Assembly (NCBI RefSeq): GCF_001194135.2 | Contig: NC_068981.1 | Coordinates: forward strand, 71,508,360-71,572,359 | Source: Octopus bimaculoides | Lineage: Eukaryota | Reading direction: 5' to 3' | DNA length: 64,000 nucleotides | Part shown: positions 11,886 to 23,314 of the stretch, piece by piece | Numbering within the stretch: position 1 is the stretch's first letter | How the letters are laid out: each line of letters opens with the position of its first letter | The notes under the pieces: generated by a model | What the model saw: only the letters and a program-made list of their open reading frames with translations | Told to the model about the DNA's origin: nothing | Database searches by the model: none | Made by a program: the position numbers and the translations under genes

Positions 11886-12699
11886 ACTCATTTCGACCAA
11901 GATGCAGCTAATATAACGTGATTAGTAAACTAGTTTAGGATATAAGCGTGTCTCATAAATAATATTAAATAAACAACATGCGATTTTGAAAAGTTCCGCT
12001 ATTTGCTCAGGGACTTAAAATAAACTTGCTTTTGAAGAATTCTGTTTAGAATTTTAACTTATTATGACTCAAAGACTTTTCTTTTATCTCTCTCTATCAG
12101 ATACTATCATGCCACTCAAAATGTGTCGGTAATTATGCAGTTATCAGCAATCACCAAATCCAAGTGAACCGATTTACAAGGAACTGCCGAAGAAATCTGT
12201 TTTGTTATTGGAAACGGCAAACACTTGCACACACACACAGACAGAAGCTATTTATTGTGGAGATTGTCACCAAGAGCAAATTCTTGTCTCTCATCCAAAC
12301 GACCGGTTCGGTGTAATTTGTGTATTCGCTGTGAATACACATGAATGATAAATCCTTCGATATCATAACTTGTCTCTCGTTGTCTAAAACTTATTTTTCT
12401 AAAAAAATTGGCACCAATGATTGTCAGTCGTTAGTGCATAGTTATAAATAATAATGACGATATACCTGTCGTAGTATGGAAATGACTTCTGACACCGGAT
12501 TATTAAACCTAAATGAGCTTTACCGGTGATCATATTTCCAAAAATTACTGCACTATACTTATTGCTCGATAATGACTAGCAGCTAATCAATATACGAGAT
12601 AATTTGCTTTAACAGAATCTATAATTCTGCATGAATATAAACTATCCATGTGTTGTAACTTCAATAATAATCATTAAGAAAAGCCGAACGAAGAAGAAA

Positions 12700-13186
12700 A
12701 GATACAATCTTCCAATCTTTCAGTGAACATTCCATTTGTTTTCCGGTATATTTTCCGGGAAACAAAAATATCAGACAAGACCAAAACATTATCAAAACTT
12801 TTAAACATGTGCGACACAACTTACTGCTGGCACTTTACTATTCATACATAGTAGTTAAGAGTGTGCGTGTGTGTACATATAAATACACACACACATTTAC
12901 AGACAATACGCTGTGTAACCAACCTAATTTCTCTCTTGCTGTCTCATTCCCTCCCTCTCATTTTCTCAGTCTCTCACTCCTTCTCTCTTATCCACCCTCT
13001 CTTCTGACTCTCGACGTGTCTTTCGTATTCCACCACCACCACAAGCGCTAAACCATCGCCGACAGCGGAAGTATATTCCGTGTGTTAACCAGCTTGACTT
13101 AAAATTTCTTTGGAGGTCCTGTTTATTTCATATTTTACTTACTCTTACCTAAACTACCTGGCTAGCTCGTATTTATCTTGCTCATT
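12700..13186 (+). promoter_or_regulatory. CpG-retaining promoter/5' UTR region of the kinase gene
   Basis: CpG dinucleotides are visibly denser than in the bulk intron. ETS-like AGCGGAAGT near 13063 and a CT-rich tract at 12930-13010. Lies directly upstream of the first coding exon. TSS not determined. Confidence 0.5.
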
Positions 13187-13323
13187 ATGAACGGTTGCAA
13201 TGCCCATGTCGCCATGGGCTGTAATCGAGTGGCCGAAGAGAAAGTGGATATTTTCTCACCCCGGACGCCTATAAATACAGAACCTCTCACCTCCAAATAT
13301 TCTATCCAAGGAGAACTCGGAAG
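13187..13323 (+). CDS. First coding exon of a DRAK/STK17A-like (death-associated protein kinase-related) Ser/Thr kinase
   Basis: Open frame after in-frame TAG (13163-13165): MNGCNAHVAMGCNRVAEEKVDIFSPRTPINTEPLTSKYSIQGELG(R), ending AG|GTAAAT (phase 2). TEP..Y....ELGR resembles STK17A TEPFQDGYSL..RELGR|GKFAVV, the start of kinase subdomain I. Second in-frame ATG at 13214 has a GCCATGG context. Family assignment rests on about 20 residues. Confidence 0.7.
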
Positions 13324-13734
13324 GTAAATGAAATTTCTTTTTTTTACCTACCTCTATTTGTTCAATTATTCAACCGACAAAGAAAAAAAAAGAAACCCTC
13401 ATCTTACCCTAGCAAGTATTTCCTAAATTTCAAGGTGTGCATAAATGTATACATACATGAAATAACTTATCAATATTTTTACATCTTAATCTGAAAGTTT
13501 TTTTTTTATTTGGTTTCATATATTATTGCGATAGTTTAGTTATATCTTGGTTAAGGTTAGATACCTGAGATGAGAAAGTAACACCTGGTAATAAAGGTTA
13601 ATTACGATTAGTTTAGTAATGTGATATTTAAACCATGTGTTCTTTTAGCTACCAAGTTAACTGGGCATTCTTATTGTTTTGGTTAACGCTTTCCTTGTTT
13701 AACGGATTTAGTTAAGGTTTAGCCTGATATATAT

Positions 13735-13942
13735 NNNNNNNNNNNNNNNNNNNNNNNNNNNNNNNNNNNNNNNNNNNNNNNNNNNNNNNNNNNNNNNNNN
13801 NNNNNNNNNNNNNNNNNNNNNNNNNNNNNNNNNNNNNNNNNNNNNNNNNNNNNNNNNNNNNNNNNNNNNNNNNNNNNNNNNNNNNNNNNNNNNNNNNNNN
13901 NNNNNNNNNNNNNNNNNNNNNNNNNNNNNNNNNNNNNNNNNN
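13735..13942. other. Assembly gap (208 N)
   Basis: N-run. Other gaps are at 5464-5473, 30208-30217, 33921-34100, 35851-36053 and 57353-57375, mostly adjacent to microsatellites. Confidence 1.
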
Positions 13943-13961
13943 AGCAGAAAAATAACAAAAG

Positions 13962-14001
13962 ACTGTTACTCTGAGTTTCACGTTCCCGTTCATCGGACAG
14001 T
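13962..14001 (-). ncRNA. Minimal type I hammerhead ribozyme-like motif, antisense copy with intact stems
   Basis: Minus-strand RNA ACUGU-CCGAUGA-ACG(GGAA)CGU-GAA-ACUC(A)GAGU-A/ACAGU gives a 5-bp stem I, a core matching CUGANGA except U4>C, a 3-bp stem II with a GNRA loop, GAAA, a palindromic stem III and a GUA cleavage triplet. Confidence 0.6.
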
Positions 14002-14033
14002 TTTGTTAGAAATCCTTTTCCATTTCTAACAAA

Positions 14034-14073
14034 ACCATCCGATGAACGGGAACGTGAAACTCAGAGTAACAGT
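14034..14073 (+). ncRNA. Minimal type I hammerhead ribozyme-like motif, sense copy with disrupted stem I
   Basis: ACCAT-CCGATGA-ACGGGAACGT-GAAAC-TCAGA-GTA-ACAGT. Same core as the antisense copy, but ACCAU/ACAGU leaves two mismatches in stem I. Confidence 0.5.
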
Positions 14074-15134
14074 CTTTTGTTATTTTTCTGCTGCTTTTAA
14101 ATAAAGTATATATATATATATATATTGTGGTTTGCATTCGGTTATTGTGTAATTCGGGTAGGTAGTGTATTTGATATCGCTAAGCTCACCGTTTGAAATT
14201 ACGTTTTTGTGGTTGTAAATGATACTCTTCTGATTATATTCAAAGATTACCGAATATTTCTAATGAAAATTGTTTTGTTTATTTGTTATAAATTTATCTT
14301 TTGTCAATTTCGGGTACGTTTATTAGATGTCATATAAAGTATTAAAAAAATACGTTTATGAATTCGTTTTGCAAGTTTCCTGGTGTGAAATCGAGTGTTG
14401 AAACAGATATTGTTATATTTCGGCATTTGGCAAGAAAAAAAAATTACCATTCCGAAATATAACGACAAGGTATAAAAAAAAATTATTTAAACAAAAAACG
14501 CAAGGGATAAAAAAATATACAAAGAAACCAAACAGTCGACACCCGTATTGTAAATTAATAATTTGTAGTATGAGATTTTGTTTTAACTGCAGGATCAAGC
14601 TTTGTGTTTTGTTGTTTATATCTTTAAAATAATAATAATAATAGTAGTTTTCAGTCATTCAAGCCCCTTTCTTTCATAAACATCAATCTAATGTCTTCAA
14701 GCCTTCCCTTCTTAACCATTATGCATTCAACACTGATTGTATTTGTTTATTATTACCTACCAATTGGAATTGAAACTGTTTGTGGGGAGGGGGAATTGGA
14801 CATATATAATATATATATGTATATATATATATATATATATATTCCTTGTGCCTAGGTGTAGTCATTTTGCCAATAAATTATATATATATGTATAATGAGT
14901 GTGTCAAGATGTTACGTTTCCTGTAACCGTCTTTTCACTTTCAAAAATCTTTTGATGTATTTAGAACTGTTTCTTATTTCATTACAACTTTTTCTTCGAT
15001 GTCTTGTATTTCGAAGGAACAAAAGAAGTTATGTTAAATTCTTTTGGGTTATTTCTTTTTTTTTTTTTTCATTTGCTTTCCTGTTTTCTATTCTATCCTA
15101 TGTTGTTTTTTGTTTTTGTTTTTTTGTACAGCTC

Positions 15135-15300
15135 TGAGTGAATCTATGATAAAAGGCGTTCCAGCCTTAGCAATCCCGTCTTATTTATTAGGCACAGTGT
15201 ATCTAGGACTACATTATCCAATGTGTTTATTACTTTCAGATGATGTGTCATTTGAGGGAGACAACAGCCGCGTTGGCTCGTCTTATCCTTTCTTTGTGTG
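15135..15300 (-). mobile_element. SINE family D, partial
   Basis: Contains GTGTATCTAGGACTACATTATCCAATGTG, the reverse complement of the family D body. Confidence 0.6.
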
Positions 15301-15576
15301 TGTTGTAGGATGAGTTTTAACAATGACCTACCATAATAATGTTTTCTCGTGTTTGCATTAGTTTACACATTTGCAAAAGTAGATATAAATCATCTTCGTT
15401 GCATGGTTGCCCCCTTATTTCATCAACCCCAGAAATTTGACAGACAAAAGTCGGTTCCTGTCCTTGTAGGATTTGAACCTAAAATGTAGCAGGACGGAAC
15501 AAGTTGCTGTAAAATTTCTGGGCATTGTACATATCGAGTTTTTAGTGTCTAATATTTGCTTTAGGCCCCTATTCTA

Positions 15577-15621
<45 letters not shown>

Positions 15622-15769
15622 TAACTGTGTAAATAGGCCTTGGTCTCAAAATGTCACTCTATCGTAATATTGCATCAAGTCGAATGCCTATTCATTATAT
15701 AGCGGAGGTGTAACTAATTGAATTAGCCTAATATGTTACTGCTTTAAGAAGTAAGATTTACCCACAGCA

Positions 15770-15975
15770 TTCTAATTCGATATTGTATTATGTACACAAA
15801 GCAGTATTTGTTCCAGTTCTTTGCATTCTGAGTTCAACTCATGCCGAGGTCAACTTAGCCTTTCATCCCTCTTGGGTCGATAAAGTACCAGTCACTTACT
15901 TAAGGATCGATAGTATCGACTAACCCCCTTCCCTTAAGCTTGCTGATCTTGTTGTGCCTAAATCAGAAGCCATTA
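15770..15975 (+). mobile_element. SINE family A
   Basis: TTCTGAGTTCAACTCATGCCGAGGTCAACTTAGCCTTTCATCC...TAAAGTACCAG. Confidence 0.75.
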
Positions 15976-18900
15976 TTATGTATTCAGACTTTCACAAATT
16001 TCAAGACCTTCAAAATGCGTTATATTCAACAAAATATAGTGGGTTTCTTTTGGATCCTGCCGTATTTGAGAATCTTGAGATAGTTCAGGCACACCAATTA
16101 TTTTTATTTCATTATTGAATTACCATTTTTAATGTCTGCATTCTGTTGGGTTGGCATTGACTATTCATGTTATTACGTAAACTATTTAAAGATTAAACTA
16201 GTTCATTCGTAACTTCAAAACAACTCGATGATATGGTAGTTTTTGATAATCTGCGAATGTGGGGATTATTTATAGTTTTACGTTTTACACACACACGTGT
16301 GTATAATCAATTAAATAGCATGGAGTTGTGTTGAGAGAACATTTTAATATACATACATAGTGTGTTTGTGATGTTTCATATGCACCTCGTAAAGGTTAGG
16401 AAGTAATTAAGCTATGGGCTGACGTCAAACTCAATACCCGAAAGAATCAAACATTAGTTTTTCTTCTTACACAAGATAACATATCTTCGAATTAAAGGTT
16501 TTTGATTACACTTCGATATAAACATTCGTTTTTTTTTTTTGTTTTTATTTCTATTTTTTTAAACCATGTTCAAATTCATTTTAAAATTTTAACCCAGTTA
16601 GCTATTCTATTTACCACTGAATTTATGCATGTGTATGCTCTGCTGCAGCTCCCTTCTCTATCCCGCCTGATTTCCTCAAACTTGTTATACGAGCTTTTTC
16701 AATGTAAATAAAAACTTTTTTTTTTCTAGGAGAAAGGGGAAAAAAGTGTCAGAAATGATATATATATATATATGAATGGAAAAAAAATTGCAAAATCCTC
16801 AGATATATTATTTTGAAATTGAGGGTGTGTGGTGTTATTGTTAAGATATATTACGGTTATTTGTAATAAAAAGATCAGTCAATCGCCCAGCTGCACTATA
16901 TATTTTGGTCGCTTGTAGGAGGAGGACGAGGAGAGGAAGAAAAACACATCCCCAGACATTGGAATGTCACAAAGCTAAGAATATCTGATGGCTTCCTTGT
17001 TTTGACTCCACTTTTCGTGTAACCAACTCTCAACATACTATTTCTGTTTCTTTTCATCTATCTTTAAAACACATACACACACACACAAGTGTGTGTGTGT
17101 GTATATACATGACTTTTATACATACACATGCATTTAGGATGCATTTATAAGAACTTCACTGGTACTTTAATTTATCGGCTTCCAGAAGGAAGCATGGCTA
17201 AGTTGGCTTTTGCAGTATTTGACCTTAAAATGCAAAGAGTTCAGGCATTTTCTCCGACGCTCTGATGATTCAACCAGTGCACTGCATTGTTTCCTGTATT
17301 GCTGGCTTCAACGTGACAAGAAGGAATCTTCAATGTTGAGAAGGTGTTTGCGTGCTTGAACTAGAAAACTATTACTCAACATCAGCATCTTGTGTAAATA
17401 TTGGACTGCTAACACCTTTTAGTTCATGAGACGGTGCTGGTTTTTAATAATATTTACTATCCAAATCTATGGCTTATCCAGAATGAAATGTTAACTAAAA
17501 TTGTTAGACAAATTTTATCACTTGATCCTTGTGCCATCAAACAGTTGATTCCTTTTATGTTCTCTGACGAAGAAGGTTTTTCTGTTTCTGCCATTCATTT
17601 TGGGAATATTGTTGAAAGTCAATATAATACAGAAAGGATTTAGCAACATTTTAAATTGTTCCCTTTTTTTTTTTTTTTTTTAACCCTCTAGAATTCCTCA
17701 CATTCTTTTGATATTCTAAAGTACACTGACCTAAATATTTGCAAAATCAACATGAAAAATTAATCAATAAACATTCATTGTCTGCCTTTGATCTCTTAGT
17801 TTTTCCATTACTCCAAGAGAAAATATGTTGAATTTAACGAATTCAAATATTGCAACTGTATTGAAAAATAATGACATTATGCAGATATTATTCATAAACT
17901 TTTGTCCTATGGCATAATTACTGCCTGAGTAGTTTTATAAATATGTGAGGTATTCTATAGGTTTAAAGTACAACTTCACTTGATTTCATACAGTGGAAAT
18001 TTCAAAGATATAAATCAATTAAGCAGGTAGTTAATATCACAGACAGTTTAAAGACAAAACTGTTGCAGAAAAGTAATATTATTTCATCTTCTTTAATAGC
18101 ACTTCATCTTAAGCACTGCTTATAAACTAGTTCAGAAAGCTGTTATCAGCCTGACCAAATGAAATGTCTGATACAGTTGCAAAGTCATTCATGATAAACC
18201 AACTTTTTCCATTTGTGAGATGCACAGTACTTAACCCACTTCTAAGTACCATGAATTGGATGGGTTGACCTGAAAGAGTAGGTGTACATTTTTTTTTTTT
18301 ATTTAAGTAGCCAAAACACCAGTTAATGCAAATGAACAGGCTGTATATTTTAAAAGTTTGAAAGTTTAAACGTGTAATAATTCATTCTATTTTCAGTAAT
18401 ATATGTATGTTAAAGAGAAGTGAAATAGCTCCTACAAAAAATAAAAACTGCATTCCAGAATCAGCTCACTGACAGCCAGCTGCTTGTTTCTTGTGCAATA
18501 TAACTGACTGCAGAAGTTCAAGTTAGTGCTGGAAGAATGGCTGGTATTGCATAATTGCCAGATTTCACAGAACCTGGCCACGTTTTTGCTTCACCAAACT
18601 GGTAGGATTTTTAGCCATCATGTTTTGCTTGTGGATAAAAATGTTCTATTCACTTTAACAAAAACCCTGTCTTTCAGATGTAGAAAGATAAGTTTGAAAG
18701 AAAAACAACAAAAATCATTAAGTCTGATAGAATAGGACTGACTTAAGACTAAACAACAGCATCCATGGACTAACAGGATTGATTTGCTAGAAATAAGTCA
18801 AACTTTTGAAGCTGATTTTGAAATCTGCTGGAAAATATAAACTTAAAATTATTCAATCCTTCTGGAAGTCAAGCTGGCATCAGCTGTTTGTTAAATGTTT

Positions 18901-19539
18901 TGGTTAAGATGGAGGGGGGGAGTTTGTAGTAGAATTTCAAGCTTATAATTAATGGTACAGGAAACAAGTCATTTTATCAACCTTGCTTATACATTTGTGT
19001 GTGTGTGTAGCATATATGCATATATATATATATATATATATATATTATTATTATTATAAATATGTTCAGACTAGTGTTTTCATTGTGGTTATATCCACTA
19101 TGCTTCATTCATTGTGTCTTCTGGTGTCTTTCGGTAATATTCTCAGAATTTAGAACCAAACTCTAGTAAATTCATGTGGTAGATTGTTCTCATTCTGTTG
19201 TCCACACCAGAAGTATTCTTGATCCTTATTAGTTATTCTTCTACTTATGATACTGCAAAGCTACTAATTCATTACTCTTCAATTCTGGTATATATAGCTT
19301 GATTCACCCAGGGACGGAACACAGTTAACCAATGCTAATCTCATTGGAGAATTAGATTGTGGAAATGAAGACCTTTAAGCTGGACTTTCTTACAGTCATT
19401 GGGTTAATGTTTTTCTTTTTTTCAATTAAAGGCTCCCATGTGGTATTCATCTCTATGTTCATTCTAATGAGGAAGGAGGTTATCAAAGCCCAACAGGCAT
19501 GCAGATTCATTCATCTTATCTTGTGTTGTTCTCTATTTC

Positions 19540-20120
19540 CTTGAGTTTGTTCCACAAAGCTTGGTGACTCTCCTTTTCTCTTTGCAAACATTCAATCATG
19601 CCTGATTGCTTTCTGTCTTAACAGTTTACAGTTCTCACTACCATGTAGCATTGCAATTCATACACAAGCATCATACAATCTACTTTTCACTCTGAGAGAG
19701 AGACACTTTTTGTTGCCAACACAGGTAATAGCTCTCTGAAGTTTTCCAGTCAGTTTTTACTCTAGCTGCTCCTCTACTGATAATTAATTAGGTAATTAGA
19801 CCACCTAGATAACAGAAGTTATCTAGTACCTATAAGGATCCTCCTAGACATATGAGGAAATCTTGTGCAGTCTTAGTACTTATTGCTCCTGCGCATCTGC
19901 CACATACAAAGTCCATTTTCTATGTTGACCTACCTGCGATACTACTGCATCTCATGCTTCCATAGTTTCCATTGGGTATAATGTATGAAAATTCTACATA
20001 CTCCTTTCCTACCTATCAAGCAAGGCCATTTCCCTGATGGAAGCAGATACTGTCTATTTTCCTACTTACTAAGACATTGGTCTTTGCTAAGTTGACTTTA
20101 AGGACATTGTAATTCCAAGT
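19540..20120 (-). mobile_element. Decayed RTE-clade LINE fragment
   Basis: Minus strand gives FRELLPVLATKSVSLRVKSRLYDACV*IAMLHGSE, homologous to the 7800-7950 region of the + strand RTE copy. Confidence 0.7.
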
Positions 20121-20494
20121 TTTATTGCCTCACTTGGAATGTCTTTTCTGATTCTACATGTTCGTGTTGTGTGTGTGTATGTATGTTTATCTTACCAAGA
20201 CCAACTCTGTCATCCTTTTCAAATTTGATAGATAAAATACCATTCCACAACAGTAGATTGGTTGAATGTTAAAGCGTACCTAGTGACACTTTGTGGTATC
20301 TGTTTTGCTTGTGTATTCTGACTTCAAATCTCACCTGTAACCAGCTAAACTAGGCATAGGAGGTTTTTAAACAAGCACCCTATTATTTCAGCTGATCGCT
20401 TTCAATGCTAGCTCACTAGCTGGCAGAAAAGGGTGCATGATGATGTTTACATATCTTGTTCACTCAATAAATATGTGTATGTATATATATGTGA

Positions 20495-20755
20495 GTGGGT
20501 TTAGCAGTTGGAAGTTGAAGTCCATTGTGTGTGTGTGTGTGTGTGTGTGTTTGTATGAACCCTTGACATGATGTGATGGTTGTAAATGTGCATCATCATA
20601 CAAGCAATGTTAATTTCCAGTCTTCTGTGAAAAACATGACTAGCCAAGTGAAGGTTGATGACAAGAAACGCATCTAGCCATAAAAATTCTGCCTCAGCAA
20701 ATTTTGTTTAAGCTATGCAAGCATGGAAAAGTGAACATTAAATAATAATGATGAT
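20495..20755 (+). mobile_element. SINE family C
   Basis: CCTTGACATGATGTGATGGTTGTAAATG body with tail GCAAGCATGGAAAAGTGAACATTAAA. Confidence 0.6.
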
Positions 20756-22949
20756 GCTGTGTGTGTGTGTGTGTGTGTTTTGTTTGGCTTTGTTCAGTTT
20801 ATTCCTTGCATATAGATTTGCAACCATTATAATTGTGTAGATTTCTCTCTTACTGTTGTTGTGTACATGTATATTATAGTCTCATATAATTTTGTTTCCT
20901 GGTGTTTTGGGAACTTTTTTCTTCGTGTATCCTCATTGCCCAATGCATACATTAATTTCTGGAGCTATTCACTACTTTTGTAGAAGCTAAAGCAATGAAA
21001 TCTTTCAAATTTCCTAGCCACTAGATTTTTCTGAAAATGTTTTTAGATATTTGGAGGCTTCTAAACTCTTTATTCAAAAATAAAGATGGATTGTAATTTT
21101 TATTGTTATTTCATAGCATTTGTGATTTCTGTGTCTGTCACTGTCTCGCTCTTGATTTTTTTTTTCTCTTTTAGTTTATTTTTTTTAATAGCTACAAACT
21201 TCCTTTGCTTTTTAAGAGCTCCTTTCCCTCAGCAGGAAATGACTGCTTCTAACAGCCACTATTATTGAAATAAGCCAACTGGCCTATATCGAACTTCAAT
21301 TGTCGAGTTGTTTATATGGAAGAGTTATGCATAGCTGTATTTTAGACATATTTGTAGCACATTATCAGCTATACAAATAGTGGTTTTTGTTGTGTATGTT
21401 TATACAATTGTCTCTTCTTGGCTGTACCATTTTTTTTTTCTGTTAATAACTCATTTTACATGCACACATACACATGCATTCATAAATATGTAAACTTGAT
21501 TTAAAGTGCTTGTCATGTTGTGCTAGTGCTTACTTCATTAAATGTGTATGTGTGTGAATTTTAATTTGTTTGCATTTTCTGAATCCATAATTAGTGAAAT
21601 ATATGTATGTAAGTGGTACCAGCAGAATCTTGATTATATCTTAGATACTTACCACTTAGGCTAAAATATCCTTATCTACTTCACCTGCCACTTTCTTTAA
21701 ATTGCTGTAATAAATTATGCTTTTATATGTTTATTTATTTTACATAAATATATTTTTTCTCTTTTTAATACCAGCCTGTCATGAACTTTGCTGCTTGTTT
21801 GCCTGACATAAACTATTGAAGGACAATTGTTTGTTTCTTCTAGAAGCAATGAAATAGCTATGGATTGTAACTGCCAAATGTAGAGTAGGGAACTGAGTGT
21901 CTAAAACATATACTTCATTGAATAAGTTACAAAGATTCTAGGTACAAAATTTGAGATTAAGTATGCCTTGTGTTAAGGGTATTATATTTTTGAAAGAAAT
22001 AGGATGGATCTATCATTAGTGGGATTTCATTGCTCAACTGTCATTTCATTCATGATCATCCCATCTTCAATAGAGTATTCAGGATTTTTTTTTCTGAAAA
22101 CGTTAGCATCTTTTCATATATGATTTGATTACATTAGCTAGCCAATTGACTTACCATGACTGGAAAGTGCTTCTGAAGTCAGAACTTACTCGGACTTCAA
22201 AAGCACTCTCCAGCTTTGACTTGAAAATTTTTGAAAACAATATGAACAAAGTCTTGCACTTCCACATCTTTTACAAGTTGTTTTCATAGTAGTTTAGCAG
22301 CATATGGATCTATTTGATCACTTAAAGTAGAATAAGTTTAGCATAGATAACATGCCTTTTGGATTAAAATTAGCCCACAAAAACATAACTGTTGTCCTCT
22401 AAGATTCAGGGTCAATTTTCAAGATTTATTTCAGTGAAAAAAATAGTCCTGAATGCTGGGAAATATGGTAAATGGAATAAGAAAGTTTGAAATGAAATAA
22501 ACATATGGTGGGGAGATAGTAAACAGATACTGCTGGCTAATACTTGATTAATTAAGCACAAAATCACAAATATGTTGATAAAGTGGAAAAGCTGATTAAA
22601 TGAATTGACTTCAGGACATAACCACTAATATCAATGAGGTGTAAGGCAAAGTTAACTGTAGCAGTATTGGTGGCTGGTAACAATCAAAGCAGCAACCAGC
22701 CATTGAAAATGCTGTTTGTAGATGAAAGAAAAACATTGTCAGCATTACAAAAACGTCTGTTGCAATGCAGATTGGGGTAAAATTAGTCTAAAGGACATGC
22801 TGTCTGCTCTGTTTTTTGCTTTCAACTATTAATGATAGCTTCAGATAGATTTCAAGCAGTAAGTCTTGAACCATCAGTAACCTAACCCTTTTATTACTAT
22901 ATTTCTGTTGGTAAAAATGAGTTGTTCCTGTATTTCAAAGGGCCCAGCT

Positions 22950-23108
22950 TTATCACAACTCTCTCTCTCATGCTGAATTTCCTTATGAACTATGTTATGG
23001 GTATGCATGTCTGTGGAGTGCTCAGCCACTTACACATTAATTTCACAAGTAGGCTGTTCCACTGATTCGATCAACTGGAACCTTCATTGTCATAACTGAC
23101 GGAGTGCC
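22950..23108 (+). mobile_element. SINE family E, 3' portion
   Basis: GTCTGTGGAGTGCTCAGCCACTT...GATCAACTGGAACC...GACGGAGTGCCA, homologous to the full copy at 27516-27896. Confidence 0.75.
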
Positions 23109-23314
23109 AATTTCTGTTGAAATACACTGCCTTAATTCAATTAATTTTCAAAATACCAAAGAATTTAGTAAAATGCTCGTCATTATTAAACTTTGTTTCT
23201 TGAGCATAAATCAATATTACATTTTAATAGAAAGTTTTTAGACCACTTTAAAACAGGAAGTTTGTATCTTAGAAGTAGGGGCAGTTTTGGATGAGTTGGT
23301 ATCAAAAGAGTTAA
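23109..23314. mobile_element. TTAA-flanked MITE family B, 5'-truncated
   Basis: ATTTCTGTTGAAATACAC...GGTATCAAAAGAGTTAA, homologous to 32109, 36214, 52085 and 53926. Confidence 0.75.

Larger units (their letters stand above)
13943..14092. mobile_element. Penelope-like (PLE) terminal-repeat foldback: 71-bp inverted arms with an 8-nt spacer
   Basis: Arms 13943-14013 and 14022-14092 are complementary at 69 of 71 positions. AATAAA at 14100-14105. (TA)n on both outer flanks. The left arm abuts a 208-N gap. PLE origin is inferred from the hammerhead motif. Confidence 0.65.

Noticed and set aside
13270-13277. TATAAATA as a TATA box with a 24-nt first exon
   Set aside because: It lies inside the open kinase-like reading frame (codons ...CCT ATA AAT ACA..., P-I-N-T), which explains the sequence better.
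17434-17643. 69-aa ORF with protein-like composition
   Set aside because: Non-ATG start, no flanking splice signals and no recognisable motif.
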